Source: the human T2T-CHM13v2.0 reference genome, Homo sapiens
Strand: one strand, 5' to 3'
NCBI RefSeq assembly: GCF_009914755.1
Contig: NC_060926.1
Length of the DNA: 64,000 bases
Of the stretch, positions 14,568-27,252 are shown one piece after another. The position numbers and the translations under genes were made by a program. The notes beneath the pieces are model-generated. The model was not told where the DNA came from. It saw nothing but the letters and a program-made list of their open reading frames with translations, and did not search any database. Position 1 is the first letter of the stretch; each line of letters opens with the position of its first letter.

Positions 14568-15392
14568 CAGTGCTGTCCAATAGAAATACAATGTGACTCA
14601 AATGCGTAATTTTAAGTTTTCTAGTTGACACATTAAAAAGCTAAAAAGATGGCTGAGTGTGGTGGCTCATACCTGTAATCCCAGTGCTGTGGGAGGCAGA
14701 GGTGGGCAGATCACCTAGGGTCAGGAGTTCGAGATCAGCCTGGCCACCACGGCAAAACCTTGTCTCTATTAAAAATACAAAAATTAGCCAGGCGTGGTGA
14801 CACATGCCTGTAATCCCAGCTACTCGGGAGGCTGAGGCATGAGAATCACTTGAACCTGAGAGGCGGAAGCTGCAGTGAGTTGAGATTACACCATTGCTCT
14901 CCAGCCTGGGTGGCAGAATGAGACTCTGTCTCAAGAAAAAAAAATAAAATCTAAAAAGATGAAATTAATTTGAATAATATGTTCAACATATTAAATCTCA
15001 TACATTTAAAAAAATCCACTATATCCAAAGTATTACCACCTCAACATGTTATTAATATAAACATAAAAATAAACTATTGTACATGTTTTTCAATCTAAGT
15101 CTTTAAATTCTAGTGTTTAGCTTATAGTTAGAGCACATCTCAATGTGGACACTAAATTTTTATCAAAAAGAATCTGCATTTAGATTTCATAAAATTTTCA
15201 GTTGAAAAAGCAGATTTACATACCCAAGTTGTTTCAAACATACCTAAAAGTTTCCATCAAATTGAATCAAATAACAGTTTTTAAATGTAATTAAAATGAA
15301 ATGATATTAAAAGCCTAGTTCTTCAGTGGCATTAGTGACATTTCAAGTACTTAATAGCCACATGTGGTTACTGGCTACTGTATTGACTGTAG
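14568..15392. mobile_element. MER33/Charlie1-family hAT element interrupted by an AluS (14651-14950, +)
   Basis: CAGTGCTGTCCAATAGAA start; tagccacatgtgg..ggctactgtattg end; Alu TSD CTAAAAAGAT (14641-14650, 14951-14960). Confidence 0.8.
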
Positions 15393-15744
15393 TTTTAGAG
15401 CGATCAGGAGCGGTCCTACTGCCCATTGCCTGTTCCCCTCGGCCTTGCTCTGGGCTGGACAAGTGGGGGGTTTGATCAGAGTTCAATGCCCATGTGCTTA
15501 AGTTTAATAGTCTAGCTATGGTGGTTCTCTTTTGAGCACAGCCTTCTCCTTCTTAGCTCTGGGACACACTGAGGGGAAGAGAAGGATATTTTATCTGCTG
15601 TTGCTCCTAGCTGGAGACCCCACCCAGAAAACAGCTTGAGTGGCCCGCAGCCACATTAACTCCTGAGTGAATGGACTCCAAATGGGCCAGACAGGACTGC
15701 CTCAGTTCTTCCACGTGAAATAATATAGCTAGTGCAACTTTTCC

Positions 15745-16053
15745 TTTTTTTTTTTTTTTTTTTTTTTTATTGATACGGAGTCTTGCTGTCTCCCCCAGGC
15801 TGGAGTGCAGTGGTACGATCTCGGCTCACTTGCAAGCTCCGCCTCCAGGGTTCATGCCATTCTCCTGCCTCAGCCTCTCGAGTAGCTGGGACTACAGACA
15901 TCCGCCACCACGCCCGGCTAATTTTTTGTATTTTCAGTAGAGACGGGGTTTCACCGTGTTAGCCAGGATGGTCTCGATCTCCTGACCTCAAGATCTGCCC
16001 GCCTCGGCCTCCCAAAGTGCTGGGATTACAGGCATGAGCCACCGCTCCCGGCC
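15745..16053 (-). mobile_element. AluY
   Basis: AluY diagnostics (gcaagctccgcc, ccgtgttagccaggatgg); TSD AACTTTTCC. Confidence 0.92.
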
Positions 16054-16119
16054 AACTTTTCCATTTTTAAAGCTCATTGCATAGAGATGGAAGATTGACA
16101 ATTTTCCTAGAGACATTAA

Positions 16120-16446
<327 letters not shown>

Positions 16447-17207
16447 GGAAATATTTTTAAATTAAATGCCTGTCAGGAATGTCTATTGCATTGCTGGTTC
16501 CTAGTACATGAATTATTATTACTTCTAACTATACCAGAGTATCCAGCAATGGCTTTCTTAACTGGGGCAAAAACGGAATGATTTTTGTGGCTAAAGTTGT
16601 TTTAAATTTCTGTACATTATAATAAACGAAAAGTGAAGTCCATTAGTCTGTAAGTTAGTGAAGATCCATAGACTTTATCTTTCTCTTCTAATTTCTTTTA
16701 GAAGTTACTATTTAGGAAGGAATTTTTTTTTCCACTGAATGGCATTTTCGTTAATATTTTTGTAAAGTGTATATGAAAAAGTTATGTGTGTATAAATACA
16801 TATGAAGAATTTCTAAGAATCTACTTGTAAAACATTATTCAGAGTTTTATATGCTCTGAAATATTTTAAAATAAAAATATCCATAAAATGCATACTTTTT
16901 GACCAAAGGTTTTCTTTTCTTTTCTTTCTTTTTTTTTTTTTAAGAAAAAGACCCCATAAAGATTGCCGCAAGGTGGCACTAAAATCTAATGAAAATTCCA
17001 ACTCTGCTCTGGTCTTTGAGGAGTGTAGAATGATTTACAGGAGACACCTGGCAAACAAACAAAACCAAATAAATTAGGTTAAAGATTAGAGATAGATTAA
17101 TATCCTCCTTTTGTCTGAAATACAACTTCCCTGTCTCACAGGTGTGGATATATTATGTCATAAGATGAATATGTTAATAAAGTTAATTGTTAACATGACT
17201 TGTTCTT

Positions 17208-17507
17208 GGCTGGTGGCGGTGGCTCACGCCTGTAATCCCAGCACTTGGGGAGGTCTAAGTGGGTGGATCACTTGAAGTCAGGAATTTGAGACCAGCCTGG
17301 CCAACAAGGGAAAACCCTGTGTACTGAAAATACAAAAATTAGCCAGGCATGGTGTCACACGCCTGTAATCCCAGCTACTCGGGGGTCTGAGGCAGGAGAA
17401 CTGCTTGAACCCAGGAGGCCGAGGTTACAGTGAGCCAAGATCATACCACTGCACTCCAGCCTGGGTGACAGAGTAGGACTCTGTCTCAAAAAATAAAATA
17501 AAATAAA
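17208..17507 (+). mobile_element. AluS
   Basis: Alu dimer; TSD ATGACTTGTTCT. Confidence 0.92.
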
Positions 17508-18379
17508 ATGACTTGTTCTCATAGAAGAATCAAATTTTATCCCTGTCTGAGGAAGTGTATTATGAAGGGCAAGGGACAGGGAGGGGCTTGTCCGGCATAT
17601 CACCTAGTTGGGAAAAGTTTATCCTGTGTGTGGGGCAGTCTTGGAAGCAGCCAGTCTCTGCAGAGCTTGTCAAAGTATCCTGGACTAAAAAAAAAAAAAT
17701 ACCATGAAAAGAAGTTACTAAAGAAGTTACTGCAGAACACAGATCTATTTGTTTACTTTGGCATTTTTACCAACTGCATAGTTTTAGAAATTATTGCAAT
17801 ATTGAGATTTGAGCTTGGAACACCTCATATAATATTCCTGGAAATCAGAACACGAAGGAGTTCAATCCGTTTTCCGGATTCTTTGTTTTTTAAAGAAAAA
17901 AACACATGGTACAAAGCTTTGTTTCATATTTCTTGGTATTTGAAGTTTAAGGACATAGCCAAGTTTCCCAAGCTATATTAAGACCAAGGAAAGCGGCGTT
18001 AACAATACAGCTATAAAAGGTTTTGACTAAAAGAAGAAAAATTTGTGTAAATAAGACTTTTCTAATAGGAAAAAAAAAAAGCTTCCAGATTGCATCCTTA
18101 AATCAATGAACAGAAAAACTATTTACTTGCTGACAGATCAGTTCCTTAGATCTGAAAAACAAACCCCCCCCCCCCACCGCCCCGGCCAACAACAACAAAA
18201 AAAAGCTGGTTGGCCGGTTGTTGTAGTGATGTGAATCCAGTCTGAGGGAAGCACAGCACTTCCAGTCGTCTAAATAAGACGTTCCCTCTAGGAAGGGCTC
18301 TAGGCTTAGCAGCACTACTGCCTTATTTGATCTGATTTCATCTGTGGAGCCATATGGGGACCTAGCTCTTAACATATGA

Positions 18380-18765
<386 letters not shown>

Positions 18766-19466
18766 GGTTAGATAATTGTTAAAGCGAAGTGTGGAACTGA
18801 GGTAAGAAACCCCCAGAAAATTCCACCTGCGTTTCTGAGCATTCGGGTTAATTCCCCACAGTCATTTACTGATCCTTGTAAATGCCAGGCATTGTGCTGG
18901 GTCTTCAAGATGCGGAGATAAGACAGAATCCTGGCCCTCCAACAACTGACAGAGACCGAGACAGAGACGGAGACAGGAGGCAACCACCTCCCGGTCATGT
19001 GGTGGGTCCCTCCTTTGCTGAAAAAACAGTTTGCAGACATTTCCCATGCAATGGATAGACAGAGCCCAGCCCATGCTGTTAATACTTTAGCACTCATGAG
19101 CCCCAGCATATGCAGCTCCTAGAGTTTGCCCCGCTCCTTCCCACCTTCCTGCTTGTGTTCAGGCTGTTTCTCCTGCCCGGGAGCCCTCCCCGACTCCCCT
19201 TTCCCCCTATCCCCTTCTTCCTCTTTTATCCGTAGAAATCGGTTGACTTGGGTCTTTCCGGATCACCGGTACTGTCATTTCATGCAGGATCTACAGGATA
19301 AATGAGTTCAGTCCTGGTGTGCATCAGGAGGCTACGCCCCAATAGAGGGGACACCCCCTAACCCGCTGTGCCCCATTTGCTAGCCCCTTACTCCTCCCCT
19401 CTTCTCCAGCCTCAAGCCTTTTCGTCTGCTCAGGGGTCTTGGGGTGGTTGGATTCTATTGAACCCG

Positions 19467-19852
19467 GAATATTGTACGTTCTATTGTACAATAGTGTATA
19501 TTCTATTGTACATTCTATTGTACAATAGTGTATATTCTATTGTACATTCTATTGTACAATAGTGTATATTCTATTGTACATTCTATTGTACAATAGTGTA
19601 TATTCTATTGTACATTCTATTGTACAATAGTGTATATTCTATTGTACATTCTATTGTACAATAGTGTATATTCTATTGTACATTCTATTGTACAATAGTG
19701 TATATTCTATTGTACATTCTATTGTACAAGTGTATATTCTATTGTACATTCTATTGTACAATAGTGTATATTCTATTGTACATTCTATTGTACAGTAGTG
19801 TATATTCTATTGTACATTCTATTGTACAATAGTGTATATTCTATTGTACAAT
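19467..19852. repeat. 34-bp minisatellite (RHOB promoter VNTR), about 11 copies
   Basis: Unit TTCTATTGTACA-TTCTATTGTACA-ATAGTGTATA. Ten units span 19501-19838 (one 32-bp variant at 19705-19736, one A>G variant at 19771-19804), plus a degenerate first and a partial last unit. Confidence 0.97.
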
Positions 19853-20211
19853 TTATCTCAGACAGTTCTCTGTTTTAAGAACCGGGATCAGAGTTCATAG
19901 TGAAAAGAGGGGCCGAAGGGGCTTCTTCCTGTCCGGTAACTTCCTCCAAGTGTTCGAGCCTCGACCTTCCCTTTCCGTTGTCAAGCTTAGGCCACTCCGC
20001 ACCTCTTCCCTTAATCTTCACCTAGAGACCTAAGCTGGGGGTTGGGAAGGGTAGGGGCGGCGGGACTTGGAAGAGCCAGTTTGCAGCCAGCCGGTCGCCT
20101 CTCGGGTCCAAACCCGAGGCTGGCCCACGGCGAGTACCCGGGTGGGGCCCTAAACCACAGGAGGGGCCACCTCCAAAAGAAAAGAGAAAACACTCTTGTT
20201 TGGGAACAAAA

Positions 20212-20222
20212 GTGTGTGTGTG

Positions 20223-20256
<34 letters not shown>
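20212..20256. repeat. (GT)n microsatellite upstream of the RHOB promoter
   Basis: Direct read; one GGGG interruption. Confidence 0.95.
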
Positions 20257-20257
<1 letters not shown>

Positions 20258-20594
20258 TGTTTATTTAAAAACAAAACCACGTTAAAAGAGCTGCCCCTCC
20301 CCCACAGGCCCGACCACCCGCCGGGAGTTTGCCAGGAAGAGGGGCAATTCTGAATGGGAGTCGCCAACGCCCCACTGAGTGAAGCCTGTCTCGGAACCGC
20401 TCGCCCAGACCCTGGAGGCTCCAGACAGCCAGCTCCCGGACCCCGCGCGCAAACGCTGCGGCGAAGGAGGGGACCCGGGTACCGCCAGAGCCCCGCAGCG
20501 GCAGCAGCAGCGCAGACTCCCCGGTCGCTGCCTCTCCCAGCCCGGCGGCCTGGGCCGTCAATCAAGCTGGCCCTGCCCCGCCCTCGGGCTGCAG

Positions 20595-20720
20595 GGGGCG
20601 GCCAATCAGAGCTAAGCTCCGCAGCGATGAGCTCAGCCGGCTGGTTTCCCATTGGACGGCTATATTAAGAAAGTGGCCGGACTCTTTAAATAGCGGGCGC
20701 TAGGGCCGCAGCCCTCATCT
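20595..20720 (+). promoter_or_regulatory. RHOB core promoter: GC box, two CCAAT boxes, TATA-like elements, TSS near 20717
   Basis: GGGGCGG then CCAAT at 20602-20606; inverted ATTGG at 20651-20655; TATATTAA at 20661-20668; TTTAAATA at 20685-20692, about 25-30 nt before an Inr-like CTCATCT (20714-20720). The TSS is inferred from spacing. Confidence 0.8.
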
Positions 20721-21108
20721 GCCACCGCAGTCTGGTTGGAGCTGTTGTCTTGTATGCTCAGCGAGGCCCGGAGAGACCCGGGAGAGAGCTAGGCCGAGTC
20801 CACCGCCCGAGTCTGCTGCCCGAGCCCGCGTTACGCACAAAGCCGCCGATCCCCGGCCTGGGGTGAGCAGAGCGACCACCGCCCGGGAGCAGCGCGGCGA
20901 GACGCACGGTGCGCCCTATGCCCCCGCGCCCCCACCGCCCCCGCCGCGGCAGCCGAAGCGCAGCGAGAGAACGCGCCACCGCGGGGCCCGGGTGCAGCTA
21001 GCGACCCTCTCGCCACCTGCGCGCAGCCCGAGGTGAGCAGTGAGCGGCGAGCGGGAGGGCAGCGAGGCGTTCGCGGGCCCCCTCCTGCTGCCCGGGCCCG
21101 GCCCGCTC

Positions 21109-21699
21109 ATGGCGGCCATCCGCAAGAAGCTGGTGGTGGTGGGCGACGGCGCGTGTGGCAAGACGTGCCTGCTGATCGTGTTCAGTAAGGACGAGTTCCC
21201 CGAGGTGTACGTGCCCACCGTCTTCGAGAACTATGTGGCCGACATTGAGGTGGACGGCAAGCAGGTGGAGCTGGCGCTGTGGGACACGGCGGGCCAGGAG
21301 GACTACGACCGCCTGCGGCCGCTCTCCTACCCGGACACCGACGTCATTCTCATGTGCTTCTCGGTGGACAGCCCGGACTCGCTGGAGAACATCCCCGAGA
21401 AGTGGGTCCCCGAGGTGAAGCACTTCTGTCCCAATGTGCCCATCATCCTGGTGGCCAACAAAAAAGACCTGCGCAGCGACGAGCATGTCCGCACAGAGCT
21501 GGCCCGCATGAAGCAGGAACCCGTGCGCACGGATGACGGCCGCGCCATGGCCGTGCGCATCCAAGCCTACGACTACCTCGAGTGCTCTGCCAAGACCAAG
21601 GAAGGCGTGCGCGAGGTCTTCGAGACGGCCACGCGCGCCGCGCTGCAGAAGCGCTACGGCTCCCAGAACGGCTGCATCAACTGCTGCAAGGTGCTATGA
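21109..21699 (+). CDS. RHOB: Rho-related GTP-binding protein RhoB, single exon, 196 aa
   Basis: [20 protein letters not shown]-loop, YVPTVFENY switch [18 protein letters not shown] switch II, NKKD and CSAK motifs, RhoB-specific C-terminus GCINCCKVL (CAAX plus palmitoylated Cys). ATG at 21109, TGA at 21697-21699, no introns. The ORF track begins at an upstream GTG (21040). Confidence 0.99.
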
Positions 21700-23085
21700 G
21701 GGCCGCGCCCGTCGCGCCTGCCCCTGCCGGCACGGCTCCCCCTCCTGGACCAGTCCCCCGCGAGCCCGGAGAAGGGGAGACCCGTGTCCCACAAGGACCC
21801 CACCGGCCTGCCTGGCATCTGTCTGCTGACGCCTCTGGCTTGCGCCAGGACTTGGCGTGGGCACCGGGCGCCCCCATCCCAGTGTCTGTGTGCGTCCAGC
21901 TGTGTTGCACAGGCCTGGGCTCCCCACTGAGTGCCAAGGGTCCCCTGAGCATGCTTTTCTGAAGAGCCGGGCCTCAGAGTGTGTGGCTGTGTGTCTGTTC
22001 GACTCTCCTCGCCCCATTTTCACCCCACCCCCGCCTCTGATCCCCGGGGGCGAGATTGGCGCGGGAGTGTGGCCGCGCCCCATCAGATGTTCGCCCTTCA
22101 CCAGCGGGAGCTTGATATCCCTTGTCTGTAACATAGACCCCGGGTACTGCGGGAGGGGAGGGCTGCTGGGGAGGATGGGGGGATGTTATATAAATATAGA
22201 TATAATTTTATTTTCGGAGCTAAGATGGTGTTATTTAAGGGTGGTGATGGGTGAGCGCTCTGGCCCAGGCTGGGCCAGACTCCCGCCCAAGCATGAACAG
22301 GACTTGACCATCTTTCCAACCCCTGGGGAAGACATTTGCAACTGACTTGGGGAGGACACAGCTTCAGCACAGCCTCTCCTGCGGGCCAGCCCGCTGCGAA
22401 CCCTCCACCAGCTACCGGAGGGAGGAGGGAGGATGCGCTGTGGGGTTGTTTTTGCCATAAGCGAACTTTGTGCCTGTCCTAGAAGTGAAAATTGTTCAGT
22501 CCAAGAAACTGATGTTATTTGATTTATTTAAAGGCTAAAATTTGTTTTTTTATTCTTTGCACAATTGTTTCATTGTTTGACACTTAATGCACTCGTCATT
22601 TGCATACGACAGTAGCATTCTGACCACACTTGTACGCTGTAACCTCATCTACTTCTGATGTTTTTAAAAAATGACTTTTAACAAGGAGAGGGAAAAGAAA
22701 CCCACTAAATTTTGCTTTGTTTCCTTGAAGAATGTGGCAACACTGTTTTGTGATTTTATTTGTGCAGGTCATGCACACAGTTTTGATAAAGGGCAGTAAC
22801 AAGTATTGGGGCCTATTTTTTTTTTTTTCCACAAGGCATTCTCTAAAGCTATGTGAAATTTTCTCTGCACCTCTGTACAGAGAATACACCTGCCCCTGTA
22901 TATCCTTTTTTCCCCTCCCCTCCCTCCCAGTGGTACTTCTACTAAATTGTTGTCTTGTTTTTTATTTTTTAAATAAACTGACAAATGACAAAATGGTGAG
23001 CTTATGATGTTTACATAAAAGTTCTATAAGCTGTGTATACAGTTTTTTATGTAAAATATTAAAAGACTATGATGATGACATTTAT
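21700..23085 (+). promoter_or_regulatory. RHOB 3' UTR with AU-rich elements and miRNA seed matches
   Basis: TTATTTAA 22231-22238 and ATTTATTTA 22522-22530; miR-19 8mer TTTGCACA 22556-22563; miR-223 AACTGAC 22340-22346 and AACTGACA 22976-22983; miR-30 TGTTTACA 23008-23015; miR-21 ATAAGCT 23026-23032. Confidence 0.8.
22972..23063 (+). terminator. RHOB polyadenylation signals: AATAAA 22972-22977 and ATTAAA 23058-23063
   Basis: Canonical hexamers; the distal one is followed by a GT/T-rich element (cttgtggtttaatagtgtgt) near 23095-23115. Confidence 0.75.
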
Positions 23086-25024
23086 AAAATGGCTCTTGTG
23101 GTTTAATAGTGTGTAAAAATACCCTTGTGAATTTGGAACAAGGGAGATATTCTCCTAGGCGAGATCCTTTCTTGCCAACTCCGTTTCCCTTATAGCAAAT
23201 GTAGTAAATGAGGATGAAGTCCCTTTGAGAGCATGTGGGGGTTGGGTGACCAAGGGAGACCAGGTTGTTCCTGTCACATTCCTAGAGGAAGATGAGTGGA
23301 TACCCCGACACCCAGTGCAAAAACTTTTGACCTATTATGTACTCAGTTCAATTGGGTGAGACCGAAGATCTTGATTTCATTCATCTGTGTGTCTTAAAAA
23401 CACTTGTGTCTTTAAGTCTATTATGGGGCTTTGCTTATTCTTTGAGTCTTGGAAAGTTATCATTTGTGCATTTTAAATTTAGAAAACCTTTATTAATCGT
23501 TGGTGTGGGGTCACGCTATCAGGAAGCCTGTTTACTGGGTTCCCTTCAGGCCATCAAGGGGTTTACACAATATCCCAGGAAGTTGTAGGTTGTTATCTTT
23601 GGGCCTGGAGCTTCCAGAAGTGGGGGAGTTCAGATAAAGAGGTGATTTTTTAAAATTATCAAGCTTTGATCCCAATATGTCCTTTATTAAGTAACCTAGA
23701 ATGATTTATTCTAAGTTCAGAGAAGGGCCATATTGTGGAAAGAACATTGGATGTTTTGGTGGTTCTTAAAGTTGGAGCTGCCACTTTTTGAGAGTCATGA
23801 TAAACTCTAATCGTAGACACTTAGCTTTGCTGTAATGGTTCTTAGAACCAGACGGGCTGATTTATAGGTGGAGACCACATTAAAATTCTGCTGCAGGCAT
23901 GATGGTTCAAACCTGCCAGCTCTCGCAGCTTCCAGGGAAGGTAGCTGAGAGTGTCAACTGCCTGAGAAGTGTGGTTTTCATTTTTTTTGAATCAGCATTT
24001 TCTGGGTTTCTAGCACTTAGTTGCCACCTTCTCCTTCCCCCTCCTCCCCATTCCCAGGACAAAGGTGGAGGTCTCCTTTGAAGTTGTTTGCTTCAAAGCT
24101 TGAGGCTTCTGTTTCCTGGTCTTACCCCAGACTCCAAGAGCTTTTGTTGAGTGAATAAAACCTGGTTGGTGGTGACCTTTCACCCACTTAAATGCTGGCA
24201 GTAACTGGACCTCCTGCTCAGCTGGGTGGGTGCATTGACTAACAGAAGGGGATTGTCTGGGCTCCTCCAGGAGCAGAGGGGAGAGGGGTCTATCCAGGCT
24301 GCCTGCTTTGAGCAACTGCCTAACTCCTTCCTCAGTCCCTCGGCCCCACTCACCTCCAGACTGCAGTCTCCTTTTTCATTTTAAAGACAAAACTTCCCAT
24401 CGACAAACAGCATGTTTATTTGCAGCTTTTACAGCTAGCAAATCCTTTGGTACCAGGGAGTGCAGGACCCAGTGGGGGAAGAGTTCAGGCTTGGGCTGAA
24501 TGCCCAGGACTCAGCTTTGCAACCAGCCAAGAGCCTGGAGGCCCAACTCCCTGAAAGGGCCTTTTCTGGGTTGCTCTGATCTGCCTGGTACCCATAACTG
24601 TCTGTGTTTTATATTATGGGCAGACAAACACTCAGATGACGCATGGCAGCCCAAGTTATGCTTGTTTGAAAATGCGTGGCATTTCATAATCCTGCCGGAA
24701 CACACTCTTCTTGCTGCATTAGGATCCAACTGGAAAACATAAAGATGAATTGCTGTAGGCTGGAAAATCAATTAGGAAAAAGAGGTAAAACATCTGGTGT
24801 TACTCTTAGAATATGAAAATTCATTTTGCACATTTAAAATAAATGTGTTGAGTTGATTTAATTGCCTGTTGAACTGTTTCGTGGAAAATACTGGGAAGTT
24901 GCATTGATCCTGGGCATTTTGCAGTAAGGGGCATTGTCTTGAGTTCTCCTTTAATCTTAATCTTTAATCAATCTGGATTGTATTTCTAAGGTCTTTTTCA
25001 CGTGAGTTTCAGTAGACTTGGAAC

Positions 25025-25208
25025 TTCAGTTTTCAAAGTCAAGTGTGTATTAGAATTACACGGAGGGCTGGTTAAAACACAGATGGCTGGGCCTAACCCC
25101 ACAGTTTCTGATCCAGTAGGTCTGGGCTAGGGCTTAAGAATTTGAATTTGTAGCAAGGTTCTAAGTGATGACAAGCTGCTGGTTGGGACCACACTTTGAG
25201 AACTACTG
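25025..25208. mobile_element. MER5A-like hAT relic
   Basis: ggttaaaacacagatggctggg..tctgatccagtaggtctggg..ggaccacactttgagaactactg. Confidence 0.8.
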
Positions 25209-25444
25209 GCTTCGAATAAGGGAGAGTCCTTGTCAGTGTACAGAGTAGGGAGGTGGTTTCCTATGAAAATAGATTAAATTCCACAGACTTATGGTGCTAT
25301 GCCCTGCAGTCTTGACTTCCTTACACAACGGAGTACATAGCTTCCAGAGAGCTTTCCTTCTAAGATAAGCCACACATAACTCCTATCTTCTCTTCCCTAC
25401 ATTCTTCTGCAAAAATGGGTTTAATGCCCTTCTAGAGATTCATT

Positions 25445-25753
<309 letters not shown>

Positions 25754-27252
25754 TGAATTCAGAATGCAACAGCACTCTAATTTAATCAGCGTTGGCACCT
25801 ACTTTGTGAACTCTGATGAGGTGGGAATACAAAAGCAATAAAACACAGTCCTCCCCCTCCAGGAGCTCATTCACAGCCTGGTGGCCCCCTGGCAGTTGCA
25901 AGAAGGCATCCACCAAGACCACAATTATAGCATGATGTAATGGAGGCATTAGGCAAGGGCACGACAGGAGCCTAGGGCACAGGTACCTATTTTTGCCCGG
26001 GAAGATGGGGAAGGTGTCATGGAGGAGGAATCATTTGAGCTAAATCTTAAGCAGGAGTGGGTGATGTGTAGGTGGAAAAAATCTTGGGGGTGGGGTGGGG
26101 AGGGAGATAATTGGGCCATTGGCACATCGAGGATACATACAGCTTCTTTATGTTACTGTAGGGCCTCGCCTCTGGGAATAAAGCTGTCTTGGGTGAGAAC
26201 TACTTTCTACTTTTAGTCCCTCTAGCGTATATTTCTTCAGTCAAGAAGAGTGGTATTACCTAGCCAAGTAAAACACAGCCTCTCCTCTTCCCTCCCTGTT
26301 CACAAAACAAGGAGCATCTATCTGGCAGGCCAGGAGAGGGGGTTGGTGATGAAGATTTCATTGTTTCCTCTGTGCCTTCCAGGGATGTGGTTCAGACACA
26401 GGACTAGCTTTGTGATCCCTGTGCTCCGGAGAAACCTCCACCCTGGCCTCAAGGAGGCTGTGAAACCAAAAGGGACCTTGGGTGCCAGCTTGCTGGGTCC
26501 TTACTTACTTGGTCCATCTTCTGGCTGGAAGGAGCACCTGGGCTCTCAGAGTGCCCCCCGACTCTCAGCAGCTCCTTTTCTGGCCCAAGAGGTAAGAGTC
26601 TGGAGGACCCCAGTTCAGTTTCTTCCTGTTTATTCTTTTATCGTTGACTATAAGATTGTGAACCTAGCACAATGCTAAGAGCTTGAGATACAGCAGCTAA
26701 ACAGACAGCCACTATCCTTACCCTTTTGGAGTTTTTAGCATAGTGGTGTGCCTAAACAAGTCATAATCATGATGATGATGAGAGGGTATTACACAGGGCA
26801 TGACTACCAGAAGGTGGGCTCATTGGAAGCCATTTTAGAAGCAGCTGACCACAGTCTCTCTGGGGCGGGCACCATTATCCTCACTTTACTGATGAGGAAA
26901 CTGAGCTACACAGGGGTCGAGCAACTTGCCCACGGTCACAAAACTTACACAGGTTTGAACACAGGTAGTCTGGCTCCAGGAAAACAATCCTACATGTATG
27001 GTGGGATTCCAGTTTGAGAAAGCAAACTGCAGTGTGGAGGATGGATTAGAGCAGGGAAGCTGGAGGCAGGAAGATCAGTGAGGAAGACTTTTCCCTGGTT
27101 CCAGTAGAGATGAGAAGGCCTGAACCCAGGTGCAGATACGGGAAGGAGATGGCAGGTTGGAAAGATATTTAGGAGAAAGAGGGTGTGGGAACCTGAGTGG
27201 GAGGCACCAGGGTGATGCCCAGTACTCTGATTTGGGTGACTTTGAGGATGCT

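Larger units (their letters stand above)
20050..22150. promoter_or_regulatory. CpG island over RHOB promoter, 5' UTR, CDS and proximal 3' UTR
   Basis: Visibly very high GC and CpG density compared with the flanks; boundaries approximate. Confidence 0.9.

Noticed and set aside
19368-19562. Hydrophobic 64-aa ORF
   Set aside because: Translation artefact of the VNTR.
20011-21564. Long antisense ORFs (213 aa at 20011-20652, 188 aa at 20998-21564)
   Set aside because: Expected from high GC content and RHOB codon bias; one runs through the (GT)n repeat; no recognisable domain.
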